Numbered from the stretch's first letter, positions 51,285-62,984 are shown. The stretch is DNA of 64,000 nucleotides from Phyllosticta citribraziliensis (GCF_038025025.1 NW_027117341.1:620001-684000); one strand, 5' to 3'. The notes: generated from the sequence alone by a model not told the origin. Translations and numbers: made by a program.

Positions 51285-52844
51285 TCATTGCACCCGTTCC
51301 GACTGCTTCTTCTTGCTCTCAATCACTTCAATCCCACCCATCCACGGTCGAAGGACTTTGGGGATGGTGACATTCATATTCTTGTCATCCCAGTTGTTCT
51401 CCAGAATGGCGGCTAGCACACGTGGCACCGCCAACGCAGTGCCATTAAGGGTGTATGGGAATTCAAGCTTGCGGCCAGCCTTCTCCAGCCGGACCTTGGT
51501 CTGCAGCCGGCGACTCTGGTAATCTGTGCACATGGAAGTCGATGTAACCTCACCCCATCCGCCATCTTTTTCAATGCGGGATGGGAAGAAGGCTTCAATG
51601 TCTCGTTTCCTAGTGGCGCTGGCTCCCAAGTCTGTTGACGGCATTTCCAGAATGCGGCAATGGAGACCGAGGCTTTCCAAAATCTCCTTTTGGATGTCAA
51701 GCATCTCGTTGAAGATGGGTTCCGAGTATGACTTTTGCTCCTCGGCAAACGTCTCGCCTTCTGTCGTGTCGGGTAACGTCCAGGCAAACATCTCCACCTT
51801 GGTGAACTCGTGCACCCTGTACAACCCCTTTGTATCCGTGCCTCGTCCGCCCGCTTCGGCGCGGTAGCATCGGTTGACGCCAACCAGCTTGACGGGGAGA
51901 TCCACATCCTCCAAATTCTGACCTGCTTTTAGGCCTGCCAGGGGAATCTCTGCGGTGCCGGCGAGGACCATTGGTGGCTTTGCCTTGTCCTTTTCCGCTT
52001 GTTCTATTGCGTAGATTTGCTGCTCGCCATTCTGGTCGCGCGGCTGAAATCCGCAGGCAGCGGCAATGTGCGAGTAAACCATGGATGGGGGCGAAACGGC
52101 TTTCCACCCCCTTTTCCGGGCGACAGACAGCGCGTATTGAACGAGAGCCTGTTCCATCAGCGCACCCTCGTCCAGCAGATAATACCACCCGTATCCGGAG
52201 CTCGTAGCGGCTCCCGCAAAATCCAGCAACCCCAACTCTGAGCCGATGTAGACATGAGAGCGCCACACCCGGTCCGTCGAGTCCGAGTCGATCGCTGGAT
52301 GTTTGTTGATGTACCCAATAACGTCTGGCTCAGTGCCTACCGGCGTGTGTCGGCTGGTGAGATTGGGCAGTTCTAGCGCCAGGTTGTCCATCTGCTCCAC
52401 AAGCTCCTTCTCTTTTGCTTCGATGCTGCTCAGCTTCTCCTTGATCTCTTTGCCTTCGGCATGTAGCGCCCCCTTGTCCATGTCCGCATCTTTCTCAATT
52501 TCACCGCTGCGGGAAGCGACATTGGCAAGCAGGCGGCGCAGCACGTTGCCTCTCTCGCGGAGCTGGCGAGCATCGACCTGGCAGCCCTTCCACTGTTCGA
52601 AAAGCTCGAGCACCCTCCATGCATTCTTGCTCTGCGCCTTGTAGTTGCGGTCGATGCAATTTTGTTCGTAGAGACCGGGACTCAGGCGGATGTGCTTCAT
52701 GTCTAGCTGCGGTTTCGGCGCGGTCGAGGGTCTGACGTACGCGCGACGGAAGCCGGGATTGCGCTGGTTGACGCCATGGAAAGGTTTCAGAAGCCTATTG
52801 CGGCACAATGCGCAAGCGGAAGAGTAGTTTGACGGCGCCCTCAT
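51285..52844 (-). CDS. DIA4: Mitochondrial seryl-tRNA synthetase, intronless; an alternative in-frame ATG lies about 57 nt upstream
   Basis: LAGTAEIPL, CYRAEAG...GLYRVHEFTKVEMF, EVTSTSMCTDYQSRRL, TLNGTALAVPR; presequence-like N-terminus. Confidence 0.92.
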   Translation of the reverse strand: MRAPSNYSSACALCRNRLLKPFHGVNQRNPGFRRAYVRPSTAPKPQLDMKHIRLSPGLYEQNCIDRNYKAQSKNAWRVLELFEQWKGCQVDARQLRERGNVLRRLLANVASRSGEIEKDADMDKGALHAEGKEIKEKLSSIEAKEKELVEQMDNLALELPNLTSRHTPVGTEPDVIGYINKHPAIDSDSTDRVWRSHVYIGSELGLLDFAGAATSSGYGWYYLLDEGALMEQALVQYALSVARKRGWKAVSPPSMVYSHIAAACGFQPRDQNGEQQIYAIEQAEKDKAKPPMVLAGTAEIPLAGLKAGQNLEDVDLPVKLVGVNRCYRAEAGGRGTDTKGLYRVHEFTKVEMFAWTLPDTTEGETFAEEQKSYSEPIFNEMLDIQKEILESLGLHCRILEMPSTDLGASATRKRDIEAFFPSRIEKDGGWGEVTSTSMCTDYQSRRLQTKVRLEKAGRKLEFPYTLNGTALAVPRVLAAILENNWDDKNMNVTIPKVLRPWMGGIEVIESKKKQSERVQ

Positions 52845-53100
52845 TATGGCTTGCAAGCGCAAGGTTCGTGGTCGAAAGATGTGGTGATAAGGAATGGCCA
52901 TGAACTTTTTTGGCAGCTCGAGTTCCTTAGCGGCCGCAGTCGAAGCTTGCGCCAACGGGCGACCGAAGCTTCCTTGACAGCACCCGACGCGTCTCCTCCC
53001 TCGTGCCCGACACGCCAATGACTTCACGCGTCACTTGCTTTTGCATCGCGCCAGAATTCCATTTGCGCCCAATCCAGTGGATGCCATTGGCCTAACAGCT

Positions 53101-54270
53101 ATGCCAAACTCGAAACGACGATTCGACGACTTCGCGACCGATCAAGGTTCAACTTCCACTACCCAACCGGCTCCAAAGAAACCCTGCCACGCCCCAATCG
53201 AACACAGGCCTCACGCCCGATACGCGAATCATCCATATTCTGGAGTTGGCGAGAATTTCCACCATGTTCCATATCCATTGGGTTTGATGCCATTTGACTC
53301 GTGGGCATTGTTGCGCCAACCACAGGATGACGTCTCGTCTCATCATTTCTCCTGTCCGAAGTGTCGTCGACGCCGACCTCCTCCCTTACCGCACCGGCGG
53401 AAACTGTTTTTGGTCGCTGAGAGACTGTCTTGGGAAAAGGGCAAGATGCCCGTGGCCCAATTGGAGCGCAATCAAGAGATGACGTGGGAGGTGAATTTCC
53501 GACTAGGAATTTACGAGCCGTTCATCGAGGAGCTTGACCAGGTGCCGGGTGGGAAGCACAGCCAGGAAAGTCCATTCTACCCTTTTGAGGGTATGTCCGA
53601 TTTTTCCTCGGTGATGTTGCTGGTCGCCAAAGGGGAAGACCTGACGGAGGCCTCGTTCAACATGTGGCAGCGAATGTTGGATATCCTGCACTACAGCCTT
53701 GGCCCGGACGACGTAGTAGAACCTCACGAGTCGTCGGGTCCAACGGATGCTCCATCTGTCAAGCAATCCCCTGACTCACAACTCTCTCTAAGCAGGCCCC
53801 TTGAAGTGGAGGACCTGCCGACTCCACCTGGATCGTCGCAACTTGATCCTAGCCAGCCTGCCCAAGACTTTCCTCTGTCCCCTCACAATTCGAAGAAGTC
53901 GCTGGAGGAGATTGGAAGAAATAACCATTTGCCAACACCGCCAGTCTCCTCGCAACCGGGGCCAGATCTGTCCTCTGGAATTTCAACGGGGTCGCCCGGT
54001 CTCCTGGCGCAAACACCGCCATCAAGTAATTCTGGACCAAAAGCACCAATGACGCCAGAAATGGACAATGTCAGCCAGATTGACGAGACGTCCAGAAGGC
54101 CACCGCGCCGAACGCTCCCGGAGTTCTACTCCCTTCTCGACATGATTGAGAGAACATCATATGTCGGCGCGCGGTTCCTCGAGGCTTACGCTGAAGGCTT
54201 GCGGAATGACTGCTGTACCGAATGTTGGTTCACGCTCAATGTTGGGGATGTCAATGAGGATACTCCCTGA
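53101..54270 (+). CDS. Hypothetical protein (orphan-like) with one CxxC near each end
   Basis: ~389-codon uninterrupted ORF, divergent from the SerRS gene; no recognised family. Confidence 0.65.
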   Translation: MPNSKRRFDDFATDQGSTSTTQPAPKKPCHAPIEHRPHARYANHPYSGVGENFHHVPYPLGLMPFDSWALLRQPQDDVSSHHFSCPKCRRRRPPPLPHRRKLFLVAERLSWEKGKMPVAQLERNQEMTWEVNFRLGIYEPFIEELDQVPGGKHSQESPFYPFEGMSDFSSVMLLVAKGEDLTEASFNMWQRMLDILHYSLGPDDVVEPHESSGPTDAPSVKQSPDSQLSLSRPLEVEDLPTPPGSSQLDPSQPAQDFPLSPHNSKKSLEEIGRNNHLPTPPVSSQPGPDLSSGISTGSPGLLAQTPPSSNSGPKAPMTPEMDNVSQIDETSRRPPRRTLPEFYSLLDMIERTSYVGARFLEAYAEGLRNDCCTECWFTLNVGDVNEDTP

Positions 54271-55206
54271 ACGAAAATCCAGGCCGCTGTAAATGAGTGG
54301 CTGTCAATAAGTTGAGGCAACAATATTCAACGCCCGGTTGCCTTGTTTTGAAAGAGGTCCCATTCTAGTGCGGCAAACGTACGCTACGGACGGTCCATCA
54401 ACAAGGCCAAGACCACCCCCAAAAGCCACAAGGATCTGATGTGGGGGCATTCGAGTCGGGACTGGCCGCCACCAGCGACCACATCGTCAGGATGTCTCCT
54501 ACGAGCTCAGGCTCGTCTCCGTACGTAATTTGATATCCAACTATCAACCTGGGACTCTGCAGTATTGGATTTGACGTCTCCTCAAGGCCACTATGAATTT
54601 GGCACGACGTTCCAAACGGATTGGAAACAGTCATATGCTTAACGTCGTCCAGTACGGTATAGACTTGAAAACAGCCCGAAAGTAGACTTCTTCTTGTCTC
54701 AAGCCGAGCGGCTCGTTAGCCCGAGCAGCTCAACTTCATAATTCAATGCTCGCCCTTCGTCCTTTCTCCTGATGCACGCGCGGCATATCTCTTCTTTAGT
54801 GTTTTCGCAAGGCTGTGAGCCTCAATCGGGACTGACAACGCACAGGGGCCATGTTCGCAGTCCTGGTATTGTGCCATGCCTGCGATTACGGTAAAGTAAT
54901 AGGGCAGTGTTTCCTGCTGATTTATTGGGTGAAGAGGTAGCTCTGCCTGGTTGGTGAGGCGCAAGTGGGTGGGGGGCTGAGGCTGACGTGCCGGCAGTGA
55001 TTTCCCAAATGGACAACAGGGGTTTGTGCGCAACTGCGTTTTGGACGGAAAGATTTCGCTTTTCCTTAAGGCTATGAGCCTCCCATCCCCTGCTTGGCCT
55101 TCCTTCCCCGTCTCGTCAATTCGTTTCTCTCGCCACTTCCCAGTGGCGGCCTTTTGTGCAAAGCCTTTGTAGTAGCACCCTCAATCATTTCCCACCACAT
55201 TAAAAA

Positions 55207-57998
55207 ATGCCACATTCAAAACGATCGACGACAACTCGCGAGTCCAGAAGTCAGCCTCCGCCGGAGACTGGGGTTTCTCCCAAACCAACACCGGAGATGA
55301 GCCGCAGAACGTCTGCCGTAAAGTTCAAGCTCCATCTGTCCACAGACGAGCTGCACGAACAGAGCGACGGGGTGCGTGAAGGGTCCTTGTCCGCGGCTGG
55401 AAATGAATCAGGATCCTTTGGCCTAATCGTGGTCGGAAAGAACCTCGATCGAGACAAAAGAGACAAAGAGTCACCCGAAGCTGCCTCGCCTCCTGTTGTT
55501 GAGATCATCGAAGACGCAGATATTTGGATGCAGCCCCTAAGAGATCCTGAGCCGTCGCCCAAATTCTGGTCGCTAGAAACCGGGACAACACTCTCACCAC
55601 AGGATAAGATCCATCCGGAAATTCCCAAAGGAACACCGCCGCCAGCATTGCAGCTGGAAAGACAAAAGTCTGATTCAACCAATGCTACGAACGATCCTGA
55701 CAGTGGCATGCGCGCAACAAATCCGGCCAACTCGAGCGTTGCTGGAACTAGGGATCTCAATCTCCACAGACTTGCTCGAGTCGAAGACTCGCCTTCACCA
55801 CGAGCCCCGCTGATGCAATATCGCGCGACATGGTCTTACCCACTGGTGCAAAGTTCCCAAGCTCGGCCACGGGCCGGGCCTTCTCCATCAGACCAGCAAA
55901 GGCCAAAGGAAATTAGAAGCAAAAATGCTTCGAGCGGGAAATCACCCGCAGCAGACCCCAAAGAGACTTACGGCGATTTGCTTCCAACAAAATGCTCTGG
56001 AAAATCCTCGATTCAAGCGACCCAATATGGCGGGAGTACTGTGGCTTACGGTACGACTGCTCCGATGTCCCATACAGATTGGGAGACTGCTAAAAAAGCT
56101 TCCCCAACGGATCCCCCCGGTGGACGTTACCTTTCACGCCCCCACGCGCATCAATCACTGAAAATCTGTACAAAGGAGATCGCCGGATGTATCATGACAG
56201 ATTTTCAGACCGACATACTCCAAGGAGAAAGTCAGCTAGAGTGTGAAGACTTCTCTGAGGAGACCTCAGAAGCGGACAGTCCATCTTCTTGCGAATCGAA
56301 TTCAGACCGCTCGCCTATCAAGCCGAGAACAGATTATGGGTACCCCGACGAATCGGAGACTTCCGCACTTCGGTTTCCCCTCGAATCATGGCAGAAATTC
56401 GCAACTTCTCGCGGCTCGACGCCTCAGCCACCTGCGTCGGGAAATAACAGGGCCCGGATTCCGTCAACTTCTACAGCAAGCAATAAACGTGGAAGGGAAC
56501 CTTCAAAGGGCCAAAAACGCCGAAACGATGACGAAGAAGACGGATCGGGCGGCAAGAAACGTCGTGATGACCAATCTCTGGATATTCCGACCACTGAAGC
56601 CATTGACAGAAAGCTTGCATGCCCATATTACAAAAGATCAGGAGGAACGCCCAAGGCAGCATCATGCGTGCATCCTGGCTTTTCCAGCGTGTCGCGATTG
56701 AAGTTCGTATACCCACCTATGCAATCTTCGCGCAGACGTTGTTCTGATCTGCTCCAGGGAACATCTCTATCGAAATCACAGACGCCCGATTGTTTGCCCA
56801 CGATGCTACTCACAGTTCGAAAGCCAGGATGGCCTGGATACACACATCAACCAGCCCGTGAGGTGCCTGGAAGTGTTACATCGTCAGAACATAGAGGGCT
56901 TTGGACTGGACCAGGAACGGCAATTGAAGAGCAAGAGAAGGGTTGCAGGTGTGAATACCGAAGAAGATAAATGGAGGGCGGTCTATCGCATCTTGTTTCC
57001 TAATGATATTGATATACCATCGCCATGTAGGTTCCATCACGACAGTCGACTTATTGATAGAGTCAAAGCTGATCTCAATTCTAGACCAAGACTCCGAAGA
57101 TACACCTGGTCCACGCTCCATGGACTTCTCTCGCTGGGAACAAACTTTGCAGGACGAACTGCCACGGGTTGTCCGCCAGACGCTTGAGGACACCTTGAGC
57201 AGAGAAATGCAAGCGATTGAGCAGACTCTAAGGAACCAACTCCCTGATATAATCAGAAACGCACGAGAGCAGCTCTTCACGGCATTCGTTTCAGATGCTC
57301 TAGGACCAATCCAGAATCCGGCGCCTTTCGAAGACAGAACAGCGGATCAGACGCGGCCTTCTGTGGGACCCAGATCGGAGGCAATAGGGCAAGAGACCTA
57401 TCGAGCTTCTGACGGATTACCAACAGCAGACCAAACGCCGGAGGCTGAGAAAATTCGATTAGAGTCGGCGCCTGAGTTGAACACTGCTCCGGTTGATCTT
57501 GCGCCACAGCCTTTTACAGTCAACGGTGTCTCTCTTGCAGGAGATGGAGTCACTTATGATTGGGTTGACCCCATGAGGACCCATATGCAAAATCAATTCT
57601 TGAATTCAGCCTCAGGGACGACAGGCCTTGATAACAGCAGAGACGCGCCAATAACTCCCCCGGACGACCCAGAAGCAGAGGCTCAACTCCTGAAAGACTC
57701 GGACTCGCTGGAACCGACTGAGACTGAATTTCTGTGGGATTTTGGCGACTGTGGCTCATACCAAAACCCTTTCAGCAGTCTCTTCCCTGAATTCACCAGA
57801 AGGCTGCCGCCACAGTTTCCTGAATATACCACACAAAACATCAGCCAAGCGACTTCTGGTGAACTTAATGGCCCAGGCCCAAGTGTAGGCTCAACCAGCG
57901 GCTTGTACAGCATCTCGGAGTCCATATCTCCTTTCGATCCTGGCCCAAGTCTTTATGGCAAGAACGACGTCACAGCTGGTAGCTGGAGAGATATCTAA
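55207..57998 (+). CDS. Uncharacterised protein with a central fungal Cys/His (C2H2-like) domain ACPYYK..C..F..SRLKEHLYRNH..CPRC..H..C..KW..YRILFP..IPSPY; introns 56703-56757 and 57027-57084
   Basis: Splicing joins ORFs 55207, 56858 and 57003 in frame; basic NLS-like GKKRR before the domain; disordered flanks. Confidence 0.8.
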
Positions 57999-58462
57999 TG
58001 AGAGATAGCAATCTAATTCCTGTTTCGTTGGATCGGTCTCCTGTCTTTGACAAATTACTGGAAGATCTTCGTGGTACCGCTGCTACATCTGGGAGCAGTC
58101 GTTCACCGCCACGTATGATGCTAGGGAGCTGTTATCACCTCTCTACTTGCGTTTATGGAGCCTCCGTCCTCCACTGCAGCTAGACCAGGGATTATCATTT
58201 CTTTCGCCACATACTGTGATCGCATCCTTCAGGTCTGCTGAATCTCTTCACACCATTTCCGACACCCAAAAAATGGTCACGCACGACACGGCTTTGAGAT
58301 TCGAAAAGGGGACATACTCAAAATTGATACCCATAATGCTTCGTTTTGCAAAACATATTCCCACAATTTTCCAGCGCTGCTACTGAAACAAGCCACTGAT
58401 GAGGTGTTCCCATCTTTTTGTCCTGTCTGTACGCTGGGTTTGAGATATCCTTGATTCAGGCT

Positions 58463-58864
58463 TCACAAGCCATGCACGAGCAGTGAACGCCTCCAGTTTT
58501 CAAAGCTCAATTTGACCACCGAGAAATCCATATCGTCGCTTCTTTGAATAATACCATCCAAATCTGTCTCTTGGTCAAATTTCAGAACAGTGTATCCACT
58601 CTCAACGTCATCGAGCGATACGTACCAGGAGGAACCAACGCTGTGTCTCCCACATCCGTGCTTGAGCGAGACCTTTCCTTCATTTTCTAGTCGATGATTT
58701 GCAGCGGTTGCTCTTGTTACACAGCTGCTGTCTCGGACATGACTGCAGTTGATACAGGCGGGATAGAGGGCGATCATCATGGGACCGAAATTGCAGCGGC
58801 AGCAGTAGTAACTGGCATTATCTGAGTCGACTGGGGCCAGATACATGCGTGGGAGTGGTGACAT
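58463..58864 (-). CDS. Small zinc-ribbon-like protein (YYCCRCNFGPM..CINCSHVRDSSC); 3' exon structure uncertain
   Basis: ATG in ACC-ATG context; dense Cys/His motif; possible donor GTACGT at 58625. Confidence 0.65.
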   Translation of the reverse strand: MSPLPRMYLAPVDSDNASYYCCRCNFGPMMIALYPACINCSHVRDSSCVTRATAANHRLENEGKVSLKHGCGRHSVGSSWYVSLDDVESGYTVLKFDQETDLDGIIQRSDDMDFSVVKLSFENWRRSLLVHGL

Positions 58865-60108
58865 GGTGAATTTGAGAAAGTGCTTCGAAGGCGTTGCAAA
58901 CAAGAAGGTAATGGAATCAGTGGTGCTGTTTTTGGAATACACTGGATGCAGCTATTCATATGTACTTATTCTTTCATTATTTGGTCTGATATCCAGCTAA
59001 GTTTCTAAGTCTGCTTTGCTCCGCGTATTTCTTTGGGAGCTAAACATTTGCCTGGGACGATGGCCCTGCGCAAAAAGGTGCGGACTGTCAAACACCACGC
59101 GCACATGCGCACAAAGCCTTACAAAGTACCGACACTTTGGATATGCGCCATCGCAGGCCAGGCAACTGCAAGACTGTGCGCATCTACTTTTAACGGAGGC
59201 CGCCGACCGAAACTTCGACCAGACGCCATGTCTCGACAAACGCCTGTAATTCACCGCCTTACTCGGCCGCTCGAACTGGCCAGCATGCCTCCAGATGTAG
59301 AGACAGCGAGGGCAGCCAATCATCAGGAGCTCATGACCGGGGAGAACCGAGGAGGATCAGAGCCTCTGATGCTGAACCGAAAAACCGGGAAATGCGCATC
59401 GCCCAGGTCAAGCTGACGGAGGCGTTCAGATAGCAGCGACGACGTTTTCGACTGCGCGCGGCTGAGCCGTCTCCGTATTACGCGATTGCGCGCTTCGCCG
59501 CTGGCGGTACGGCGTAAGAGTCGAGCGGGCCCGCGGCGCAATGTCGATCGGGGTGTGTGGTTGACTGCTGCGGCGTAGCAGCAGCAAGAGCGAACTTCAG
59601 CCCTGACACGACCCTCTTGTTGACCGCCCTGTCTTTCTTAATACCCATACAGCCGGCACACACCCGACGTGCTGCTGACGTCCTGGTCGACCTGCTTCTT
59701 GGATGGGGGTGGGCGGGCGCCGGTCAACCGTCTTTGTGCGTGAAACCGTCTCTCTGTCTGCAAGAAATTGGCCCAGCGCCGCCCTCCACGTCGTTGGATG
59801 CCGATGATGCAGCGACTCTGCCCGCTCGCCTCAACGCCTTATAAGGAGAAACCGTTGGCCTCGCATGAGTGGCTGAAATGCCCTTTCTCTGGTTGCTCAA
59901 TAAAGGCGCGTTGTACTCAGGTTTTTGGTTCCAGTGCCTGATCCTTAGACGCGCTCTGCCGCCGGTCCAGCCAGGCCCAACGATTAATCTCTAATGAACG
60001 TCAGCAAAAGCTATTTTTGCGACCAAAAGCCCAAAAGCTACGATTCGTTCGCCGCCGGCTACTTTGTCAGGCTCGTCCCGTAGCGCGGCGATCCCGGACG
60101 GCAGCAAC

Positions 60109-61186
60109 ATGGAAAACGCAGCGTGGAACCATCAGTACTACAATAATCAATATCCGTCAGCAGCTGCTGTGCAGAGTCATCCTCCTCAGAATGAACCTGC
60201 TTTCAATTCAGTAACTTACGGACAACCTTTCAGCCAGGATGCGAATTGGGAGCAGCCGTTCAATGGATCGTCCAGGAGCTTCGAGGCCGCCGCCGCTCCT
60301 CTCATGTAGGTTCCGAGATGTTGGCCGTCACAGCGCTTGTGACACTGCTAACACGCTCCAGGGGTATTCCAACCCACCAACAACAACAAGCATGGCCAGC
60401 TCCTCCTCCTCATCAAGCGCCCAGAGAACAGCATTTTTCTTCAATTGGTGCCGGCCGAGTGCATCATGGGTCTGTTCATAATGCCAACGCAGTTCAAGAT
60501 GTTGGGCGACCGGTATATATCCCATCGACGGAGGTCACTTTCGAGCCAAATTACCCGTCTGCTCTTCCAAAGCTTCTTCAAAGGCAGGGAGAAATAATAT
60601 CGGATCGGACCGAGGAGCCAGACGAAGAAGCGGAGTCACCAATGGAAGGACCCGCCCTTCGCATCAGTTGCCCCTATTATCTGAGAGCGCCACATGCAGA
60701 ACACAGATCATCGGCATGTCGCGGACGGGCTTTCCTAGATATATCGAGGCTGAAGTGAGTTAAAAATTCTTCCCAGACCCCCCGATTCTCGCCACCCTTT
60801 TCTTTGATGTCCTCCCACACTTACTGAGTCGTTCTTGCGGTGTACCAGAGACCACCTTGTGAAGATCCACGACACACGGATCCCGAAGAGGATGACGGGG
60901 CAATCGACAGAGGCTAAATGGAAAAGCATCTGGAAGAATTTGTTTGGGGACAACTGGCCAGATAAAGAGATTCCGGTTCACTGTACGTACTGTCTCCATT
61001 CGGCTGATGGAGCGGCCCCAGCTGATCTGAATACCTTCCGCAGACTGGACGGGGATCGAAGCGTGCGAGAAGCATGTCCTGGACTGGATCGAGGAGAACT
61101 ATCCAGGCGCACCCACCGAAGAAGTCAGGAGGGCATTTGAAAGCTTCAAGTCACGTTCGCTGCCAGGCCCAGGCCCAGGTAGATAG
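60109..61186 (+). CDS. Shorter paralogue of the 55.2 kb gene (ISCPYYL..C..F..ISRLKDHLVKIH..KWKSIWKNLF..IPVHY); introns 60306-60361, 60755-60848, 60983-61043
   Basis: Three GT-AG introns give one continuous frame ending TAG at 61184-61186; N-terminus rich in Q/N/P. Confidence 0.78.
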
Positions 61187-61456
61187 ACGAGACGAAGGCG
61201 TGGAGTTCATGCGCAGGCAGAGTGGGTTAGCATTGCATTGGTGGAAATCTTGCCGAAGCTGGCTCTTGTTCCGACACATATACATATATTTGCATCAAGT
61301 AAATATACCCAAATACCGCTCTAATCATACTGCAGAGTTAGTATCCCGTCCTCAAAAGAAAGTGCTGCGCGATGTGATGAGCCATAATGCTTTGCTCATC
61401 GTAAAGGCCAACAGTGAGAACATCTCGCTCGCAAGCGGTGGTCCATTTTGAGCTTG

Positions 61457-62057
61457 TAGCACGTCTCACAGCGCGCAGCCAGCCAGCAGGGACAATCCAG
61501 TCCATTCAGCAACGGCTCACGCCGGCGACAATATGCACGTCATGGCCAGCTACGTAGCTGGTAGGTACCAGCCAACAGCCCCACACACCACGACCACCAA
61601 CCCACCGCACCGCCACGCCACGCCAGCACATCCTCACCACCTTCTCAACCCCATGTCAATTTTCCCCTCTCCCGCGCCAAACGCCTCGCGCCGTCGCGCG
61701 TTGAGGCTGCCTGGCAGGCAGTTCGCCCGCGGCGCGAAGCGAGTGCGACACGGGCGTGGCTGGCCCCGATTGGCTCCAGGCAGTGGAGGGGCAGGCACTT
61801 TCTTACAACGCATGCTTTGGCCGGCGTGCAGCGCTGGGGCTGTAGGTACCGAGGGCTTGGGTAGGGTTGTCGCGATGATGCATGTTGTTGTGTGGCTGCG
61901 CTTTGGCGCTGGAGAGGTGGTGGACGGGTGGATTTGATTGGAGCTGTGGCAGGAAGGTGTGGGAGCCGGACTGTTGGGTCGCGAATGTTAGGTGAGGTAG
62001 GTTCTTGCGTGAGCCGCGCTGGATGGCTGGCTGGCTGGCGATGTGAGAGGCTTGCTA
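61457..62057. repeat. Degenerate inverted repeat / foldback, possibly a MITE relic
   Basis: Colinear reverse-complement blocks, e.g. TCTCACA, CAGCCAGCCAGC, ATCCAG, CGGCTCACGC, CCAACAG and CCTCTCC-GCGCCAAA. Confidence 0.6.
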
Positions 62058-62984
62058 GTTGGTCGGTGACGACTGTTCGCTTCGAAAGTGTGGTTCGGAG
62101 AAGATGCAATGTTTGCAATATCCACTGCATTTCGAAACACCAAGGCCTAGGAAGAGAAAGCAGGCGGTGTCATATTGAGGACCACTGGATGATGGATCAT
62201 TTGGGTTGTTCCCCTCGACTCAAGAACGAAGCAAAAGAGCAGGAAAACACCAGAAGCAGCGGACGGTGCAAACAGCGAGACCGGCGGAATACTGAGTTCG
62301 ATTCCATCAGAATCGATTCCCAGCAAGTTCCAGCACATTCAACCGGCGTGAGAAATCAACCAGCGATCGAAGCAGAATTCGCGAACAATCTGCCGTTCAT
62401 GAACCAAAGTGCTAGCCTTACCAGCATTCAGGCCGGCAGTTGGTTGACTGTTGCGCCGGTAGTATGGGGACATCCACTTGCGTTAAATTCGCCCATGCCA
62501 ACCGGCCACCCAGGCTGTTCTGCTTCCGATTTCGAGCCACAACAGGTTTTCTCTTTCTTCGCGATCATGAATTCTCCTGCTGCATACCTGCTTATTTCTG
62601 TCAGCCTGTAGTTTTCAAATGGCGTGCTGCACCCTTTTGCTCTGTGTAAATTCAGAGGCTGAGACGATCTAGAGAAGTGAGCTAGAAGCAAAGGAGACAT
62701 CCTAAATGTAGGCAGGATCAACAGAAAGTCAAAAGCAGGCTAGTGTCTTGTTCATTCGCGATGATCAATGTACAAATGTTCCGAGCTGGCACGCTCAAGC
62801 TCATGATTGTCCTGCTCTTTTGATGTCTTTGCCTGCTCTGATTACTCGTTGTTGAAAAAAGTAGCGTTTGAATGTCACAAGGCCGAATCATAGTTTGTAA
62901 AACGCATTCAATTACCCAACATGAAGTGACGCTGTACTTTGGCCATACACGAAAGGTATCAAAGTTCGCAAAAGGAAAGATACC

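Noticed and set aside
54398..55033. Short minus-strand ORFs with Cys residues between the orphan gene and the long paralogue
   Set aside because: Joining them would need an implausibly short or out-of-phase intron
61861..61870. Telomere-like GTAGGGTTG inside the foldback, considered as a telomerase RNA template
   Set aside because: Does not match the 1.5-repeat TAACCCTAA-type template needed for TTAGGG, and no other telomerase RNA features were recognised
62294..62305. B-box/T-loop-like GAGTTCGATTCC
   Set aside because: No T-stem, acceptor stem or D-arm; not a tRNA
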